In this document: piece after piece, positions 59,101-64,000 of the stretch
Position numbering within the stretch: the stretch's first letter is position 1
How the letters are laid out: the number at the start of each line of letters is the position of its first letter
Assembly: GCF_021869535.1 (NCBI RefSeq)
Contig: NW_026262679.1
Coordinates: 37,448,001-37,512,000, forward strand
Source of the DNA: Mytilus californianus
Lineage: Eukaryota
Direction: 5' to 3'
Length of the DNA: 64,000 bases
The notes under the pieces: generated by a model
Told to the model about the DNA's origin: nothing
Databases searched by the model: none
What the model saw: only the letters and a program-made list of their open reading frames with translations
Made by a program: the position numbers and the translations under genes

Positions 59101-61509
59101 AACAAAAACAGGATTTTATTACCAAATACATTGTACCGGTAATCAGGAAAAATACAGTATTGTGGAAGATGAATTAAACTTCTTTCAAGTAGAAAATTTT
59201 GCATGCTTGTAAATTTAGTTGTCTGATAGAAAATGAAAATATGGAAAGGGCATAAATATGCATGAAAAACATGAAATTCAATTACAATTTTACAATGCAC
59301 AGAAATTGTTTTAATTTTGGGTATATGACTGTGTGAAAGAAAAAAATCTGAATAAATGTGGTACAGCATGAAAACACATGGAATAAAACTGGCAAGCATG
59401 TTAAGTGAAATAGCCCCTTTATCAACCTTGTTGAAATGTCTTGGTAGCAAAATTGCTTGAATAGAACACTGCAACACAAACATTCATACATTTCCTAACT
59501 AATAGTATTTTACAGTTTTTTATGTGGATCTGATTTATTTGTTTGTTATCAAATATAAAATTCTTGGGTTCAGGATATATCTGAAGAATTTCATTTATTT
59601 TGTTTCCTGACATTTTATATTTGTGTGTTTTTGCAACAATTATTGATTCAACAAAATTGTGCCAGTGTAAAGTATTGGTCAAAGAAGAAATTTATTGAAA
59701 TTGACATTAAATGTAGAATTACACTAAACAAGGGTGAAAGTAGGGGAATGTACCAGCAATCTCCAAAAAGAACCGTCTCTAATCATTACATGTATTTTCC
59801 ATGCATGTCAAGTTTAAATTGAACTTCATTTCTCAGATACTAAGTGATCTACATTTTAAGCCTTTTCACACTGAAGTTAAATTTCACTTTAGTAATTGTT
59901 TTAAGTATCATACTGTAAATTCAGAAATTTTTTGCCAATGTTTTTATTATTGTGAATATTGCAACAATACAAACTCTCGTTTTAATTATAATGTCATAAT
60001 TTGTATGCAGCATTTCCTGAAATTGCGATAATATAAATTTACATTAGAGTAGACTGTCCAACAATCACAATAATTAATGCTCACAATAATTTCTGATTTT
60101 ACTGTATAAGGAAAGTCAATATAAGAATGAAGCAGCTTTAATTTGATAGATTACTGGTAAATCTGTTGTTATATTGTTGTCTCAATCAAACATGACAAAT
60201 TGATTCTATATCATACATGTACATTGGCAATTGACTTTCTTAATAATTCTGTTAAATTTTGTACCACTGCCAAAATGACTAGACTAAACTATAGAAATGA
60301 TTTAAATTTCATAGGGATATAGACTGGCTTGTTTGTTCTGGTGTGGTTCTATCATAAACAGTGTAGCAGTGCTGGTATCGGGAGGAGCCATAGGTAATTT
60401 AATATAAACTAAATTTGTTGAAAAATAAAAAATAATCTGCACAAAATAAAATGTCTACACACATTTGAATAATTAAATTTACATTTTAACTCTACACCTA
60501 AAGTCACTTACTTAATGGTTAGGTTACTGGCCACTGTTATCCTTTTAGTATCATGAAATTTTTTCCTCCAAAAATATTTAATGCAGTAATGCACAATGCC
60601 TTTCAAATAACAACAGCTTATTTTCCTTTATGTATCATGTTCTTGCTTATATCTGCTCAATCTAATATCGTAAGCTTTTTATATGTGCCATCCTTTTTGT
60701 CAATTTTATCATTGACATACATGCATTTACTTTATGCTTGCTTTGAAAACGCGTTTGTATAGAACTTCTTGGATTCCTGTATGTTTCTTAATTATGTTCT
60801 TAGTTTTTTTTGTTTTTTTTTTTGCAGGGAAATATGGTCCAAAATGGTCTATTCTTCTGAATGTGCCATATGTAGTTATATCATTATACATCCTCTTCAA
60901 AGTACTGAGTTCACATTCGGTAAGTTAAGTGTGTTAATAAAAATTCTATGGAAAATTGTACTCTTAAGTAATTTTACAGCTACATTTCTTGTCAGATTTT
61001 TATGAAACTTTAATCAAAGGTGTATATCAGCAATGTCTTGGACGAGGTTACATAATCAACTATTTTTACAGGATTTTTGCACCTTGGAAATATAAAAAGT
61101 TATGGAAAATCAGTTAACATTTAGATGCAGTCGGTGATTACATTTTGTTGATGTCAATAACTTTGTCAAACCTTCATGATATGTAATGAATCTTGGACAG
61201 AAGCTTCTACAAGATCAAGAATCAACATCTGTATAAAGTCAGGACAACCATGACAGTGGAGAAAACAGTCTTATTTTCCTAGTGTATAAATAATTTGCAT
61301 TTATTTTTAGGAAAGCAGGAGAAATGTAATGACATTCATAGGGACTAGAGTGAAAAAGGGACCAGTAGAAATGTGGTTTACTCTTATCTTTGTGACTTGC
61401 ATTGTAATTAATGCATTCAGAGCTGCTGTAAGTCATAATCTTATTGTAATTAGGAATTATGTTATTGCAATATTAAAAGGAAGTTTGTATATGAAATAAG
61501 GGCTTTTCC

Positions 61510-61980
61510 ATTAAAACATGCATGTGACCATGGGAAGGCACTTTGAAATCTCTACTGGAAGTACACCACTAATTAATGGCCCCATTGCTTTCTATGTTAA
61601 ATTCCTCAATTTCAAGTGGTCACAGCTCTTTTATCTTAAGTTCAAATAAAGTGACAATCATTGCATGTCAAAGCAACACCTTCTGGTGTCTTGTACTGAA
61701 AAAATCAACATACCTTTAATGGCATATAAGAGAGAACTGGTTCCCGGAACTTCGGATGTACCAAAACAGGTACCTCCGATCTGACAAACAGGCAAAATGT
61801 ACCCTCCTTTTAAAATTTCATGCCATTTTTTTATTATTCAAAATTATCAATCAAAAAGTTTTCTACAATGACCACCAGGGTATCAAGTACAGTGGAAATG
61901 TAATTGAAGTTCTATATTTGTCTCTAAAGGTGGTTACCCCATGATTAAAGTGCCATCCCTGGGTACCATGTATGGTTTAA
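61510..61980. mobile_element. MITE-like insertion specific to the duplicated TM6SF1 copy
   Basis: Absent from the homologous site near 27810; imperfect IR ttaaaacatgcatgtgaccatgggaaggcacttt / aaagtgccatccctgggtaccatgtatggtttaa. Confidence 0.5.
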
Positions 61981-62112
61981 ATGGGTTGACAGGTTACTTG
62001 AAGACAGAAAAGGATGGAGAGAATGGGGTGTGACAACAAATTGATATACCTGTCTGATTCCTTTAAATCTCTCCGTTATGGGCTATATGTATGTTACATA
62101 TTGTTTAATTAA

Positions 62113-62275
62113 GAAATAATTCGTTCATGCCATGCTCTATGCTTATTTTAGCATGGGTAGGCATTGTATTTGTCAACATCTTTATACCGAGCGTTAGAGA
62201 GTTGTGATATGTTGACAAATATAATGCCTAATCATGTTAAAATAAGCATAGAGCATGGCATGATAAAATAATTTC
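62113..62275. repeat. Palindromic element at the start of a ~0.5-kb insertion
   Basis: tcatgccatgctctatgcttatttt...tttgtcaaca / tgttgacaaa...aaaataagcatagagcatggcatga around ccgagcgttagagag. Confidence 0.8.
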
Positions 62276-63021
62276 GATTCTAATAGGAAAATTTAGAACT
62301 TTTATCCTCTGAAATGGACCTACAATTCACGTTCGAAAGCAGGCAGCCATTTTGATTTGATAAAGCCAAAACGATATATAAAATTAACCGTTGCATTATA
62401 GAAAATGATCAGAAACATGTACACTTTCTTTTAGAATGATTTTATGTAATTTCCTAGCGAACAAAATCAACAAAAATGTCCATTTTGATCTCCGGCGTTG
62501 TTTAAAATACAACTGACGTTGGAATTTCAATTGTGACGTCACTCAATCACCTGTAACCCATGTTTTATTCGAATTAGAACATGGCTGTGTCTCCAAAGCA
62601 AAAGAAGAACGTCATTTTAGAATTAGTTGCAATGTTTATGTGAACATATGCCTATGATTTATAGATGTTGAAAAACATCTAAATCTGTGTTTGAGTTACA
62701 TCTAGATCTCTTAACATGGTATTAGCATATTTTTAAGATTGTACTATGAAGAAGTGAGATAGCTAGTTTATACAGACTAATTATAACTACCATATTTGCA
62801 AAATATTTCAGCAAGAAGAATTCATTAAGATCATGACTATTAATTGATAGATTTTACTAATTTGACCGTACATGAATTTTTGTTCAAGCTGCCTTTGGAA
62901 AAAATTGTTCAGAGATAGGACTGTATAGAGAACAAATATAGCATCATATGTCATTAAAAATTGAACTAAACAATGCCTTTTATCATGAATTAACTCTTGA
63001 TTGATTGTTATTGATACACTT

Positions 63022-64000
63022 AAAAGAGGGACGAAAGATACCAGAGGGACAGTCAAATTCATAGATCGAAAAGAAACTGACAACGCCATGGCCAAAAATA
63101 AAAAGACAAACAGACAAATAATAGTACAGATGACACAACATAGAAAACTAAAGACTAAGCAACACGAACCCCACCAAAAACTGGAGGTGATCTCAGGTGC
63201 TCCGGAAGGGTAAGCAGATCCTGCTCCACATGTGGCACTCGTCGTGTTGCTTATGTTATTACAAATCCGGTAAATAGTCTAATTCGGTAGGTCACATTCT
63301 TGAAAAGGGAAGGGTATTGTAGTTACGACATAAGGAACATATCCGATATCATCTGTGAAACGGTTATTCCATAACGGTCAACCAACTCGTGGTGGCGTCC
63401 GTAAAATTTACGAAGGGATGATTTCAACTTCACCATTTGGAACCCTTGGTTTAAAAGCTTCCTTGTGAGCAGCAATCCTCTATCAAGGAAATCATGATAG
63501 GAAATACAAGCCCGGGAATATCGTATCAATTAGGAGATATATACTCCGTATGCAGGCGCTGCTGGAATGTTGCTACATAGAAATAGAAAGTTCACAATTG
63601 GGAAGCTGAAATCATCTCTTTTGTCGTAAAGTTTTGTTTCCAACCGACCCTCATTGTCAATTTCTAGATGTAAGTCAAGATATGAGGCAGACTTAACTGT
63701 ATCTGTAGTATCCTTTATCTCTAGTTCGATGGGATAGATTCGTTCAACATAGTCACAAAATTTTGTATTATTTAGTGAGAGAACATCATCTTTATAGCGG
63801 AACGTAAAGTTAAAGGATATTGCTAACTTCTTATCTTTCTTCCTAAGAAGTTGCTGTATGAAGTCAGCCTCATAATAATAAAGAAACAAGTCGGCAAGAA
63901 GAGGGGCACAATTGGTTCCCATTGGAATTCCGACAGTCTGTTGAAAAACACGTCCTCCAAACGAAACAAATATGTTGTCAATCAAGAAATCAAGCATCTT
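63022..64000 (-). mobile_element. Penelope-like retroelement RT, running off the window end
   Basis: LIDNIFVSFGG...GIPMGTNCAP...FRYKDD...SYLDL...YDKRDDF...PAYGVYIS* (63997-63530), continuing as MIRYSRAC...QGF (63529-63323). Confidence 0.88.

Larger units (their letters stand above)
58640..63020 (+). pseudogene. TM6SF1: Partial diverged duplicate of TM6SF1 (intron 2b through intron 5; exons 3', 4', 5')
   Basis: Collinear similarity to about 22645-28390. Exon 3' is at 60315-60393 (acceptor cag>cat, shifted), exon 4' at 60828-60919 (GKYGPKWSILLNVPYVVISLY...) and exon 5' at 61311-61427 (ESRRNVMTFIGTRVKKGPVEMWFTLIF...). No exon 1 or 2 homologue was seen upstream. A Penelope-like insertion interrupts it at about 63022. 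Confidence 0.8.

Noticed and set aside
1-64000. CRISPR arrays, operons, rRNA or tRNA genes
   Set aside because: The DNA is eukaryotic and intron-containing. The tandem repeats lack unique spacers, and I saw no tRNA cloverleaf or rRNA-like sequence.

Overview
AT-rich eukaryotic genomic DNA with spliceosomal introns and dense repeats, most likely from a bivalve mollusc (Mytilus-like; inferred from the repeat families and composition, not proven). There are three recognisable host genes. (1) A SWEET/SLC50A1-like sugar transporter on the minus strand (4 coding exons, 7680->646, 3' end outside the window). (2) A complete TM6SF1-like double-EXPERA membrane protein on the plus strand (8136-35210, 385 aa), head-to-head with SWEET. 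It carries an ancient, tandemly duplicated 202-nt exon pair that must be spliced mutually exclusively. (3) A ninjurin-family gene on the minus strand (55132->49159, about 203 aa) with an unusually long Cys-rich loop between its two TM helices. A diverged partial copy of TM6SF1 exons 3-5 lies at about 58640-63020. The remainder is a transposon landscape: a near full-length but broken APE-RT LINE with a nested MITE, three Penelope-like RT fragments, three hammerhead-ribozyme relics, hAT, Kolobok-like and Tc1-like MITEs, Helentron-like (HINE) elements with internal tandem repeats, palindromic elements and tandem repeats. Most short ORFs in the supplied track are spurious. All family assignments rest on motifs recalled from memory, not database searches.
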